Part shown: piece after piece, positions 53,155 to 62,427 of the stretch | Layout: each line of letters starts with the position of its first letter | Numbering within the stretch: position 1 is the stretch's first letter | IMG/VR virus record: IMGVR_UViG_3300037400_001617 | Reading direction: 5' to 3' (one strand) | Length of the DNA stretch: 64,000 nucleotides | Origin: a virus | Lineage: Duplodnaviria > Caudoviricetes | Notes under the pieces: model-generated | Told to the model about the DNA's origin: nothing | The model's input: only the letters and a program-made list of their open reading frames with translations | The model's database searches: none | Translations under genes and position numbers: made by a program

Positions 53155-54681
53155 ATGAAGATTGTAGTACGACCTACAAGTATAGTAATAAACGATTACA
53201 CATGGGGAGACGCCCCTAAGATAGAAAACAAATTCCGTGTATGGAACAAAGCTACGAGATCAGTAACGTTTGAGCACATCGTATATGACGAGCATGCACG
53301 GAAACTCTATCTCCCTAGAGGTATAAGCGTAAGGAGTCTAGAGAACGCGCTTGACACTAAAGCCTATTACCAGACTACGTGTGATGAGTATCGTGTGAAC
53401 TCTACTCAAACGCTTTTAAAGTATGGTCCTAAGGATGACGTACAGAAAGAGAGTATCAGATTCTTATTTGGTGTCGATGAATATTCGTATACCAAGAATG
53501 CATCTCAAATGATGCTTGCTCTCAACACAGGTGCTGGAAAAACATACCTTGGCATAGCATATATGGCATTCATGAACATCAAAGGTATTGTAATAGCATC
53601 TTCTATAGACTGGTTGAAGCAGTGGAAGGATAGAATCCTAGAGCATTGCAATATAGAATCAAAGGAAGTCTATTCTATCTCTGGTTCTCCATCCATAGCT
53701 AGTCTGTATAAGAAAAAACAAACTGCCTTAGACAAGATAAAAGTCTATCTGGTAACACATTCTACCTTGTCTTCTTTAGCTAGCAGACAAGGATGGGAAG
53801 CAGTCGGAGAACTGTTTAAGTACTTGGGTATAGGAGTCAAAATCTTCGATGAGGCTCATTTGTACTTTGGTGCTATGAGTCATATAGACTACTTCAGTAA
53901 TACATACAAGACAATCTATATGACAGCAACTCCAGAACGAGGGGACGAAGGAGATAACAAGATCTTTCAGTTGTATTTCAAGAACGTTCCCACTATCAAT
54001 CTCTTCGATCCAGATAAGGATCCGAGAACACATTATATATCTATCCGTTACAACAGTAGGATGTCTCCACAAGACATCAGCAATTGTGGGAACTTCTATG
54101 GTTTCAATAGAATGAACTATGCAGCCATGATAACTAAATATCCCAACTTTCAAAAGATGTGTCATGTTGTGATGGATCTTATTGGTAAGATGAGTGGTAG
54201 GATACTTATCTTCATGGCAAGTAACGAAGCTATACAGGCAGTGTATGACTGGATACTCGAAAACTATCCAGAGTATACGTATAGTGTAGGTATATACACA
54301 TCTCTGAACAAGAATAAGAGAAGCGCACTGAATCACAAGATTATACTGACTACATCTATATCTGCAGGAGAAGCATTAGATGTATCAGATGTCTTCTGTT
54401 CAGTTCAGTTAGCTGAACCTATGAAGAGTAGACCAAAGTGTAGGCAAAGACTTGGAAGAACTCGTATAAGGGGAAGCTACTTTATAGATGTCATAGATGA
54501 CTCGGTACATACAATAAGAAAGTACTATGAGACGAATCTTATAATGTATGAAGAGTACGCTATGGATATCAAGACAATAAAGTTCAATGATAAGCAGCTT
54601 GACAAAGTGTCTAGTGCTATCATTGAAGAAAGGACAAAAGGCATAAATCCGTTCATCATGGGATACAACAGCCTTGGGTAA
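53155..54681 (+). CDS. SF2 DExH helicase (UvsW/XPB-like)
   Basis: LNTGAGKT; IFDEAH; TATP; GEALDV; QRLGR. Confidence 0.9.
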   Translation: MKIVVRPTSIVINDYTWGDAPKIENKFRVWNKATRSVTFEHIVYDEHARKLYLPRGISVRSLENALDTKAYYQTTCDEYRVNSTQTLLKYGPKDDVQKESIRFLFGVDEYSYTKNASQMMLALNTGAGKTYLGIAYMAFMNIKGIVIASSIDWLKQWKDRILEHCNIESKEVYSISGSPSIASLYKKKQTALDKIKVYLVTHSTLSSLASRQGWEAVGELFKYLGIGVKIFDEAHLYFGAMSHIDYFSNTYKTIYMTATPERGDEGDNKIFQLYFKNVPTINLFDPDKDPRTHYISIRYNSRMSPQDISNCGNFYGFNRMNYAAMITKYPNFQKMCHVVMDLIGKMSGRILIFMASNEAIQAVYDWILENYPEYTYSVGIYTSLNKNKRSALNHKIILTTSISAGEALDVSDVFCSVQLAEPMKSRPKCRQRLGRTRIRGSYFIDVIDDSVHTIRKYYETNLIMYEEYAMDIKTIKFNDKQLDKVSSAIIEERTKGINPFIMGYNSLG

Positions 54682-54720
54682 TCCCAAGGCTGAATTCTAT
54701 CGTTCAAACGAGAAGATGGA

Positions 54721-54737
54721 TGTATATTATATGTGTG
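54721..54737 (+). promoter_or_regulatory. Early-type promoter TGTATATTAT-ATGT-GTG
   Basis: Motif match before a cluster of hypothetical genes; hairpin 54669-54692 upstream. Confidence 0.7.
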
Positions 54738-54791
54738 TAAGAGAGCAGTGATCACGGCTCTCAAATAAAATAATTTTAAGGAGGATCAGTT

Positions 54792-55604
54792 ATGATCTAT
54801 TACAATTCAACAGCAAACACCATTGACCAGACAAGGGTTGTCCAGAACATCGCAAACAAGGTGTTCAATGCCTTGTCAAACGCAGGCATCCAGGGTTACG
54901 ACCTGAGATGTACAAAGATCGACATTCCGACAATGAGTATCTCGTTCGAGATAACTCATATCGGATATCCCGTAGAGATACTGTTCTACAACGGAACAGT
55001 ATTCAAGAGAGATTCTCTTTTTACTGTGGACTACAAGTCTGTGATCGAAATGATCAAGGACGGCAGCCTGACACCGCAGCAGAAGGAAGACGCTGTGGAC
55101 AAGCAGATAGAATCACTCAACACAAGTACAGCGGAGATGATCTACGACCAAATCAAGACTCATCAGGTTCTGAAGAGTTTTGAAAAGCTCGTTCATGACA
55201 AATACGTTGTACCAAGGAACTTCCCTAGTCCTGAAAAGATGTGGGAAGAGTTCAAAGCATACTATGAGGCGGTAAAGTCAATACCGTCACCGATACAATT
55301 CCCTTGTACAATCGATGATTGGTGGGAAAAGCTCGAAGAAACAATCAAGAAGAACACTGCTTTCTGGAAGTATAAGATAACTAGAGATGCATCATACAGG
55401 GTAAACTACGGTCTTGACGTCAACAAGAGCTCTTTCGATCCAAACTATTTTACAGTATATCATAATATGTATGATGCGTGTAGCGATGAGAGTTATGACG
55501 ATGAGGAATTAGGAAGAAGGTTAAGAGAGATGTCGACGAGATTAATAAATGAGCTTAACGGCACTCCTGCAATCGTACAGAGCAGCATCCCGACAGCAGT
55601 TTAA
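54792..55604 (+). CDS. Hypothetical early protein
   Basis: AAGGAGG RBS. Confidence 0.78.
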   Translation: MIYYNSTANTIDQTRVVQNIANKVFNALSNAGIQGYDLRCTKIDIPTMSISFEITHIGYPVEILFYNGTVFKRDSLFTVDYKSVIEMIKDGSLTPQQKEDAVDKQIESLNTSTAEMIYDQIKTHQVLKSFEKLVHDKYVVPRNFPSPEKMWEEFKAYYEAVKSIPSPIQFPCTIDDWWEKLEETIKKNTAFWKYKITRDASYRVNYGLDVNKSSFDPNYFTVYHNMYDACSDESYDDEELGRRLREMSTRLINELNGTPAIVQSSIPTAV

Positions 55605-55615
55605 AATCAATGAAG

Positions 55616-55644
55616 AGAAAGGTGGCTAGTCCACCTTTCTTTTT
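55616..55644 (+). terminator. Intrinsic terminator AGAAAGGTGG/CCACCTTTCT + T
   Basis: Inverted repeat with T tract. Confidence 0.75.
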
Positions 55645-55661
55645 AGAAAGGAACGATACTT

Positions 55662-56507
55662 ATGCAAAGAACCATATTAGACTTCACAAAAATAGGCTTC
55701 AGTCATGGCCTAAGATATAACGAAATCGATGATATGAACGAGGTAATCTCTGAGATAAAGAAATGTATCTTAGACAACCTCCTTCCCGCAATCGATTTAA
55801 ATGCTAAAACAAGATACATCTGGCACGCAAATTACAACCCAGTAGATCTTGACGAAATAGACACAACCCTCAAGATCGAAGTGGTAGAAATCGACGGTAA
55901 AGAACACATAGATATCACAATATGGTATCCAGGCATCTACTATGATTGCGGGGATATCGATAATGATATCGAAGCTTATGAGGAAATCCAGGAAGTGCAT
56001 AAGATGATATATGCTATGTTCCTGGAGATAAATGCTGAAATGAATGAGATGATCGCTCAGAAAGGGAATAACATGAAGATAGTTGATAACAGGAAAGATT
56101 TCGTAGACTACATTCTAAATGAATGCCACAAGTATGCTGAAGACGAGTTAGGTTTCATATTCTTTAGAGACCTTTTTATTAGGGACATGAGTAGAAAGGA
56201 CTTCATTGAAGCTTACGACGAGATCCTTCAGAAAACAAACGGAGATCATCTTGTAAGAGTAACTCCGACTCCACAAGTTCTCGAAACTAGAGAGAACTTA
56301 ACTTTGTGCAAGGATAACGACATCAGATACACAGGTTATGCTGATCTCATCCTCTTCCACATCAATTCAGAGGCAAGAAACGCTGGAAACGGCCACGATT
56401 ACTATATCAGAGTCACTCCAGAAGGTGAATATCTTGACTTCGTTGTTGGTGGAGGAAAAGCTGGTACTCCCTATGATCCATTCGTAGGTATAGTAATCGA
56501 TAAGTAA
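55662..56507 (+). CDS. Hypothetical acidic protein
   Basis: GAAAGGA RBS. Confidence 0.75.
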   Translation: MQRTILDFTKIGFSHGLRYNEIDDMNEVISEIKKCILDNLLPAIDLNAKTRYIWHANYNPVDLDEIDTTLKIEVVEIDGKEHIDITIWYPGIYYDCGDIDNDIEAYEEIQEVHKMIYAMFLEINAEMNEMIAQKGNNMKIVDNRKDFVDYILNECHKYAEDELGFIFFRDLFIRDMSRKDFIEAYDEILQKTNGDHLVRVTPTPQVLETRENLTLCKDNDIRYTGYADLILFHINSEARNAGNGHDYYIRVTPEGEYLDFVVGGGKAGTPYDPFVGIVIDK

Positions 56508-56519
56508 AGGAGAATAACG

Positions 56520-56837
56520 ATGTTGATACTTGAACCAATATTCAAAGATGTCGACTATGTTGACATCTTTATAGATGGAGAGAAAGCCGCAAGAAGCAAC
56601 TATCTTCTATATCCAACAGTCTTCCGTATAATAATAGACGGAAGTACTCTTTGGAATCACTATGTTGATAAGGTCAGTCTTGATGACCGTATCATAAAAG
56701 CAATAGCCGTAAAGGACAACACCGAAGAGGTGTTGTTCGAAAGAAAGCTCTCATACGAAACTCTGCAGTGGTTAGCAGAGAAGAGAGCAAGTGAAAAGCT
56801 GTTCCACAACACAAGATATGGAATGGCATCAATGTAA
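56520..56837 (+). CDS. Hypothetical protein
   Basis: AAAGGAG RBS. Confidence 0.72.
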   Translation: MLILEPIFKDVDYVDIFIDGEKAARSNYLLYPTVFRIIIDGSTLWNHYVDKVSLDDRIIKAIAVKDNTEEVLFERKLSYETLQWLAEKRASEKLFHNTRYGMASM

Positions 56838-56849
56838 GGAGGAACCTAT

Positions 56850-57719
56850 ATGAATTCAATTTTCGACAGAGACAATCTTGGAACAACTAAGAACTGGAAG
56901 TTCTTAAGAGATGATCTTATCAGCATCTTCGCAGCAGATGACGACAGATTCAACAAAGAGTACAAAAACGGCGAGATCGAGCAGGTATTTGATCAGATGG
57001 CTGAAGAATATCTCGATGGTTATACAGTATCTGGCTTCTGTATTGATTCAAACGACGACGTTATCGACGTGGTAGAGTTGATTATTGCACTCGCAGGAGT
57101 ATCAATTTTTAACGTACATCCATTCGGATGGGATTTAAGAATAGGGTACGATGATGAAGGAAACCCTCGTACTATACTGAAACCCGACAATACTCCTGGT
57201 GGAGGCTGCGTGCCAGATGTCTTTGTAATAGACTTCAGTAACGCTGCAGAAAACTTTAACGAAGAGTTCAGAAGAACTCTTGATGGCTACATGACATTGT
57301 TTGGATATGGTCATATGGATACTGTATACGGAGAGAGACTAGTGTACATATCTAAGCTTTCTTACGCTAGAAAAACCAAGAGTACTGCAGATATAATCGA
57401 CAGTGTAAACAATAAGTTTTACACCTTGAAGTTCGACCAATACGATTTCCATCTTCTTGTTGATAAGCGTATTCATATCACGTCTGTACTGGCATCAGTA
57501 TTACTGACGGAAATAGCAATAGCACACACATGCAGAAAAGAAACATTTAGGATAAAGTCATCAGGTAATGATGTGATGATAAGCAAGATGTGTGATATAG
57601 CTAATGCGGTTACAGGTAATGCTCCGCATATTCCTGGAGCTTCGAAAGTTACAGTGTTATGCAATCGTGCTTCGGAACCAGAATACACTGAATTTCAGAT
57701 CACAAGTGTAATCGACTAA
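56850..57719 (+). CDS. Hypothetical protein
   Basis: AAGGAGG RBS. Confidence 0.75.
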   Translation: MNSIFDRDNLGTTKNWKFLRDDLISIFAADDDRFNKEYKNGEIEQVFDQMAEEYLDGYTVSGFCIDSNDDVIDVVELIIALAGVSIFNVHPFGWDLRIGYDDEGNPRTILKPDNTPGGGCVPDVFVIDFSNAAENFNEEFRRTLDGYMTLFGYGHMDTVYGERLVYISKLSYARKTKSTADIIDSVNNKFYTLKFDQYDFHLLVDKRIHITSVLASVLLTEIAIAHTCRKETFRIKSSGNDVMISKMCDIANAVTGNAPHIPGASKVTVLCNRASEPEYTEFQITSVID

Positions 57720-57734
57720 GCTTACTGAACCATA

Positions 57735-57767
57735 AAAAAGGGAGTCCTCGTGACTCCCTTTCTTTTT
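57735..57767. terminator. Bidirectional-type terminator AAAGGGAGTC/GACTCCCTTT
   Basis: A tract, stem, T tract. Confidence 0.8.
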
Positions 57768-57778
57768 ACTACCCTTCA

Positions 57779-57790
57779 TACATTATAATA
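57779..57790 (+). promoter_or_regulatory. Late/middle-type promoter variant TACA-TTATAA-TA
   Basis: Directly after terminator, directly before RBS GGGGGTG. Confidence 0.55.
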
Positions 57791-57805
57791 CAGGGGGTGT
57801 ATGAT

Positions 57806-58513
57806 ATGACTAACAACAACCAGATATACAGAATGGTCGATACTATCTTCGAATCTGGTCCAATCAAACTTAACTTCAACATTAACCTTATCTGGACTCT
57901 ACCAGAAACAGAGATGTATGAGGAACGCACATATCATTACTGGGGAGAGTATAGGATTAAGACTAGACCCAGTAACGCTAATGTTCTTGTGAAGAGAAAG
58001 CTTGACTACTTCATGACATTAGAACTTAAGAACTATAGAGCGAATATGGATGACTCCATATTCATTCCTAATGACATTCAGTATAAGTTCATAACTTCTA
58101 TCCGAGTAGCATCGGAGAAGTTGTTTGGCTTAGGACAGAACATATTCGTCATGGAGAACGACCACATGAGAATAAACAATAATCTTCCAGTAGTCGTAGA
58201 TAACTATCCCAGGAACAAGATCTTTAAGGTAGTTCCTACAATCATAAATGGTAGCAACTATCAACAACCTGGTGCTACATTGATAGTCGGTAATGTAGAT
58301 TGTATGGCAGATATAACCGACTCGGAGTTTATATACTTAGCCAACATGCTGAGTACATTCAATGGTATCATGTATGCAAACTCTATGCTCGCATCATTAG
58401 GTCCATTAGAAGGACCCGTATCAGCTCCAATGGATAGAGTAATGGAGTTCAAACACCAAAACACAATACGGAAAGGTAGAACCTTTGCAGGAAAGAAGGA
58501 AGGGATAATATGA
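57806..58513 (+). CDS. Hypothetical protein
   Basis: ATG 57806 after GGGGGTG. Confidence 0.75.
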   Translation: MTNNNQIYRMVDTIFESGPIKLNFNINLIWTLPETEMYEERTYHYWGEYRIKTRPSNANVLVKRKLDYFMTLELKNYRANMDDSIFIPNDIQYKFITSIRVASEKLFGLGQNIFVMENDHMRINNNLPVVVDNYPRNKIFKVVPTIINGSNYQQPGATLIVGNVDCMADITDSEFIYLANMLSTFNGIMYANSMLASLGPLEGPVSAPMDRVMEFKHQNTIRKGRTFAGKKEGII

Positions 58514-59004
58514 GCGACAACATACGCATATACACATACAAACAAAAGGAAGCATACTATGCTTACCTTAATAAGCGAAGCGAGATAATAGCAGTAGAGC
58601 AAGAGTCGGTCAATCTTCTTAATCGATATTATGAGCTTCTCAGACTACCGATGAAGATATACATGTCTGCAATCAATAAGGATCTTGTAGACAACCAGAT
58701 ACTTGACCTTAAGATCCCCAAGTCTATGTCACCATTACTTGGTAGAACAATCAATGCAGACGCTACTGTATGCTATGACATCAAGTTTGTTACGCCTATC
58801 AGAAGTGCGATAGAAGACATTCGTCATTATCTTGGTAGTGATATAGACGATTGTATTCGTGTGAAGAGAGTGAAGAGTGGAAGACGAATGTTCGTTCTTC
58901 AGCTTAAGAACGTTGATGATCAGGCGGTAATCGATGATGTCTTCGATGCATTATACTACGCTTCCAGTCAGGCGATAACTCACAGGATGAACAATAGAGG
59001 GTAG
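58510..59004 (+). CDS. Hypothetical protein
   Basis: ATGA overlap with previous ORF. Confidence 0.72.
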   Translation: MSDNIRIYTYKQKEAYYAYLNKRSEIIAVEQESVNLLNRYYELLRLPMKIYMSAINKDLVDNQILDLKIPKSMSPLLGRTINADATVCYDIKFVTPIRSAIEDIRHYLGSDIDDCIRVKRVKSGRRMFVLQLKNVDDQAVIDDVFDALYYASSQAITHRMNNRG

Positions 59005-59019
59005 GCATTGCCTACCCTC
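58997..59019. repeat. 23-bp hairpin GAGGGTAGGCATTGCCTACCCTC, copy 2 (terminator between convergent genes)
   Basis: Identical to 50853-50875. Confidence 0.85.
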
Positions 59020-59030
59020 CCTGTTTATTT

Positions 59031-60239
59031 TTAATAACGATTCTCAACTATCTCGGGATACTGAACAGTGATTACACTACCACTGTAGTCGTATCTGTAC
59101 TTAGTGTTAGCAGCCATCTCTGCTCTGAGAGAACAGTACTTATCATGCAGTGCGAACCAGCGATCTCTCTCATACTCATCGAATCTCTCCTTGTTAAGAG
59201 CATCTTCGATAGCAGTGATTCTGAGATTGACCTGACGCATGAGATAGAGCGCATCCTCTTCAGTAGCGACGTGACGAGATCTGAGTGTATACTCGTAGAC
59301 ATCGCTCTCGAAGTCTCTGAGTTTGTTATTGGTAACCATCTTCCTCAGGATAGCAAACTTAGTATCCTTCTTCTTAAGAGAAGCTCCCTCCTGTACAAGT
59401 ACATAGTAGAAGTCACAATCCTTGAAGGGTTTAGCAGCTTCCTTGATAGCGGAAGTATCTATACTCTTCAGAGCATTAGTAACAATCTCATATTCTTTTT
59501 TGTCGAGCTTGGATGAGGTGATTGAAGATGCCCGTCTGAGTAACTTGAGAGCAGGTATTCTTCTCAATTCCACGTTCTTATAGAGATTCAGTGTCCACGT
59601 TAAGGCAGCGAGCTTATTGACGTCATCGTTGACTTTCATGCCGTTCTTACACAGTTTTCTGAAGACATTGTTAAGTTCATCTTGGAATCCACACATCATA
59701 ACGAACTCATCGGCAAGAACCTCACCATCTCTGTAGATAAAGAACATACTGTTCATCTTTCTTACAGTATTCTTGATACCATATGCAAGAATCTGATAGT
59801 ACTGTACAGTATCAACGATAGAGAGTGTAGTGTTCTCCTTAGCGAGAGTAACGTTGATAGCATCTCTTACCTGTTCAACAGGGTTAGGATCATTGATGAT
59901 ATGTCCAACTTCGTGAAGCAGCATAGCGAGCAGCTCACTGGGAGTGATATCGATGATAGGATTGAAGATCTTGGAGTCAATCTCTATGACATAGTTCTTG
60001 AAACGATACTTACCGTCATCCTGAACAATCATCTGTACATCAAGCTTGCTGACTACAGGATAAACACACATACCGAAGAACAGACCATCGTTTCTTGTGT
60101 AGATAATATCTGTACACTTTGAATCTTTGAAGAACTTGTTAAGTTCCTTTCTGAGATTCTGATATGAAGAAGCTCTCTCTGGGTTGGAGATCACAAGCTC
60201 ACAAGCCTCGAGGAGATTACTAAAATCATACTTAATCAT
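59031..60239 (-). CDS. Putative virion protein with zincin (HExxH) motif
   Basis: ELLAMLLHEVGH plus distal EVLADEF; downstream of major capsid gene. Confidence 0.65.
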   Translation of the reverse strand: MIKYDFSNLLEACELVISNPERASSYQNLRKELNKFFKDSKCTDIIYTRNDGLFFGMCVYPVVSKLDVQMIVQDDGKYRFKNYVIEIDSKIFNPIIDITPSELLAMLLHEVGHIINDPNPVEQVRDAINVTLAKENTTLSIVDTVQYYQILAYGIKNTVRKMNSMFFIYRDGEVLADEFVMMCGFQDELNNVFRKLCKNGMKVNDDVNKLAALTWTLNLYKNVELRRIPALKLLRRASSITSSKLDKKEYEIVTNALKSIDTSAIKEAAKPFKDCDFYYVLVQEGASLKKKDTKFAILRKMVTNNKLRDFESDVYEYTLRSRHVATEEDALYLMRQVNLRITAIEDALNKERFDEYERDRWFALHDKYCSLRAEMAANTKYRYDYSGSVITVQYPEIVENRY

Positions 60240-60271
60240 TATCTCTTACTCCTTTCTAAAGATTGTAAAAG

Positions 60272-60304
60272 AAGGGCCTGGCACCCTTAGGCACCAGGCT
60301 CTTT
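60272..60304 (-). terminator. Terminator after major capsid gene
   Basis: GGGCCTGG/CCAGGCTC stem, T-rich tail on the minus strand. Confidence 0.65.
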
Positions 60305-60328
60305 GTTCTTTCGATCTTGGCCGTACTA

Positions 60329-62326
60329 TTAGCGAGCGTCGATATCGAAGTCGTTCTTACCAACGCTAGCAACGCCCTGACCGTCACCACGTCCAACAGG
60401 ATCATTGTTGAATGCGTAGTTCTGACCATAGTTGCGGAGGCCAGTAGGATTGAGTATGCCGATACGTCCCTGTACAGGCTGATACTTCTCGAACTTCCAA
60501 CGCTCGAATGCATGTACTGCAGGGAGTGCAGGATTTTTGAAGTTCTTGATCTCGTTGCTCAGATACATCTGGTAATCGTAGATTCTGTAGATGAAACGAT
60601 CTGTGTTTCTTGGGCAGAGAAGTACGATCAGGTTGTTTGTATCACGGAGCTTATCAGAGCTGATGAACTGGTATGTTCTTCTGTCTGATGTAACAACAGT
60701 CTTTACAAAGTCGAGCTCAACAGGGCCGATGTTTGTAGGTGTCTGATATGTGTACTCGGTAGGTGTGATCTTTCTGATGAGATCATCACGGCCGATTACG
60801 TTGATTGTCATGTTAGGATCATTGAGAACATGGAGCAGCTGAGTTACATGTGTATCCATAGCGTCCATGAACAACTTGTAACGCCACTCGAGAGGATCGA
60901 GAGCGTAGCTGGTTGTAGGAGCGAAGTCGAAGTAACGACCGATCTTCTGTGATTTCGGAAGTTTAACGAAGTCTTCGTCGAGTGCTCTACGAATAAGATC
61001 ATCCTTGTAGTTGTTGAGGGATGTCTTGATAAGTGAGAGAACCTTTGTCAGCTGGTTGATCTGATACAGAGCAGAGATGTCCTTAACCTCTTCAGGAGAG
61101 ATTGTAACGTTGATCGGGATAGCGTTAGGAATCTCGATGATGTCTGTACGAACATCCCAAGATACTGAAGCAGTTCTGAGCTTAGCAGAAGATGTATCGA
61201 TTCTTGAAGTAAGAACGATACCGCCTGCAGCAGCATTTGAAGATGAGAGACCGAAACGGTCATCCTTAGAATAACCTGAGAGGAAGCCCTTTGTTCTTGC
61301 CTCAGCAGGAATGCTGTCTTCTGATGTACAGTTGTCGTACTGAACGCCGTTAGCTGTAAGCTTCCATGTGTCAGGAAGTGTACCTGCAGCAACTGCTGTA
61401 ACCATAGGAACTGAGAAGCTCTCTACGATCTGTCTGTCATACTCGCCGTATGCAGGAGTGAACTTACCCTCGAACGGGAAGATAGCGCCGACTACTGTAT
61501 CGCCAACGATAGGTGTAGAACCGCCAGGTGTAACACCAGCAGCGATAACCTCAGCATTAGCTGTGTCGTTTGTATAGTTTTCGATCTGATATGTTGTAAC
61601 GCCGCCGCTTGTTGTACTTGTAACGATCTGGAGTGACTGACCAGGGAATACAACACGGCTGCCAACGATGCCGCTTACGAATGACTCGATTGAAAGATGA
61701 TCCTCAGGATCTGTAGCGCCGAACAGTGTAGCAAGTACGTCTGTTGAGCCGTCTTCAGGAAGAGCCATGTACATGCTCTTGAGAGGAGCAGCCTTGAGGA
61801 TAGCATCAGTCATCTTCCACTGATCCTTCCACATATCGATCTTCTCACCTGTTACAGGATCGATGAGCCATCTGGTCTCCATAGAAACTGTGAACTTAGG
61901 TGAAGTAGCAACGAACTTCGGGATTGCGCCCTTGTCGAAGATATTGTTCAGCATGATATTCTTATGGATAGGGAATGTCATACCGATTACGGGGTTGTGC
62001 TGACCAGGTGCTGAATGCTCAAGGATAGCTTCCTTATCATTGATGTACATCTCCTCCATCATCTGAATCTGGTCTTCCTGAGCTTCTGCATCGTCGCGGA
62101 ACATAGGATCATTTCTGTCGAAGCAGTTCTCGACAAAGAAGTCCTTGATTGTGCTGTCTGTGATAGGGTTCATATGAACCTTTGTTGTCTCGTCATAGAT
62201 TGAGAGATTATTTTCATGAAGTATTGAGCTGGTAACGTCAAGATATGCTTTGGCAAGAGGTGCTAAAGCATCCTTAGAATAGTTAGAACCAGCTGTTCTA
62301 ACTTCTCTTGTACCTGAAATAGGCAT
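60329..62326 (-). CDS. Major capsid protein precursor
   Basis: 665 aa; acidic ~100-aa propeptide ending AILE|H; strong codon bias; own late promoter, very strong RBS and terminator; HK97-like pattern (ISPEEVKD...; C-terminal QPVQGRIGI). Confidence 0.8.
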   Translation of the reverse strand: MPISGTREVRTAGSNYSKDALAPLAKAYLDVTSSILHENNLSIYDETTKVHMNPITDSTIKDFFVENCFDRNDPMFRDDAEAQEDQIQMMEEMYINDKEAILEHSAPGQHNPVIGMTFPIHKNIMLNNIFDKGAIPKFVATSPKFTVSMETRWLIDPVTGEKIDMWKDQWKMTDAILKAAPLKSMYMALPEDGSTDVLATLFGATDPEDHLSIESFVSGIVGSRVVFPGQSLQIVTSTTSGGVTTYQIENYTNDTANAEVIAAGVTPGGSTPIVGDTVVGAIFPFEGKFTPAYGEYDRQIVESFSVPMVTAVAAGTLPDTWKLTANGVQYDNCTSEDSIPAEARTKGFLSGYSKDDRFGLSSSNAAAGGIVLTSRIDTSSAKLRTASVSWDVRTDIIEIPNAIPINVTISPEEVKDISALYQINQLTKVLSLIKTSLNNYKDDLIRRALDEDFVKLPKSQKIGRYFDFAPTTSYALDPLEWRYKLFMDAMDTHVTQLLHVLNDPNMTINVIGRDDLIRKITPTEYTYQTPTNIGPVELDFVKTVVTSDRRTYQFISSDKLRDTNNLIVLLCPRNTDRFIYRIYDYQMYLSNEIKNFKNPALPAVHAFERWKFEKYQPVQGRIGILNPTGLRNYGQNYAFNNDPVGRGDGQGVASVGKNDFDIDAR

Positions 62327-62415
62327 ACTATTTTCCTCCTTTTTTGATTTATGATAGTAAGAGTTACCTTGGAAAACTAATAGCCGCTGACCGCCTTACG
62401 GATAGAGGCTATATT

Positions 62416-62427
62416 TAATATATTGTT
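62416..62427 (-). promoter_or_regulatory. Late promoter AACA-ATATAT-TA
   Basis: Consensus match; leader begins with ATAGCC/GGCTAT hairpin. Confidence 0.72.
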
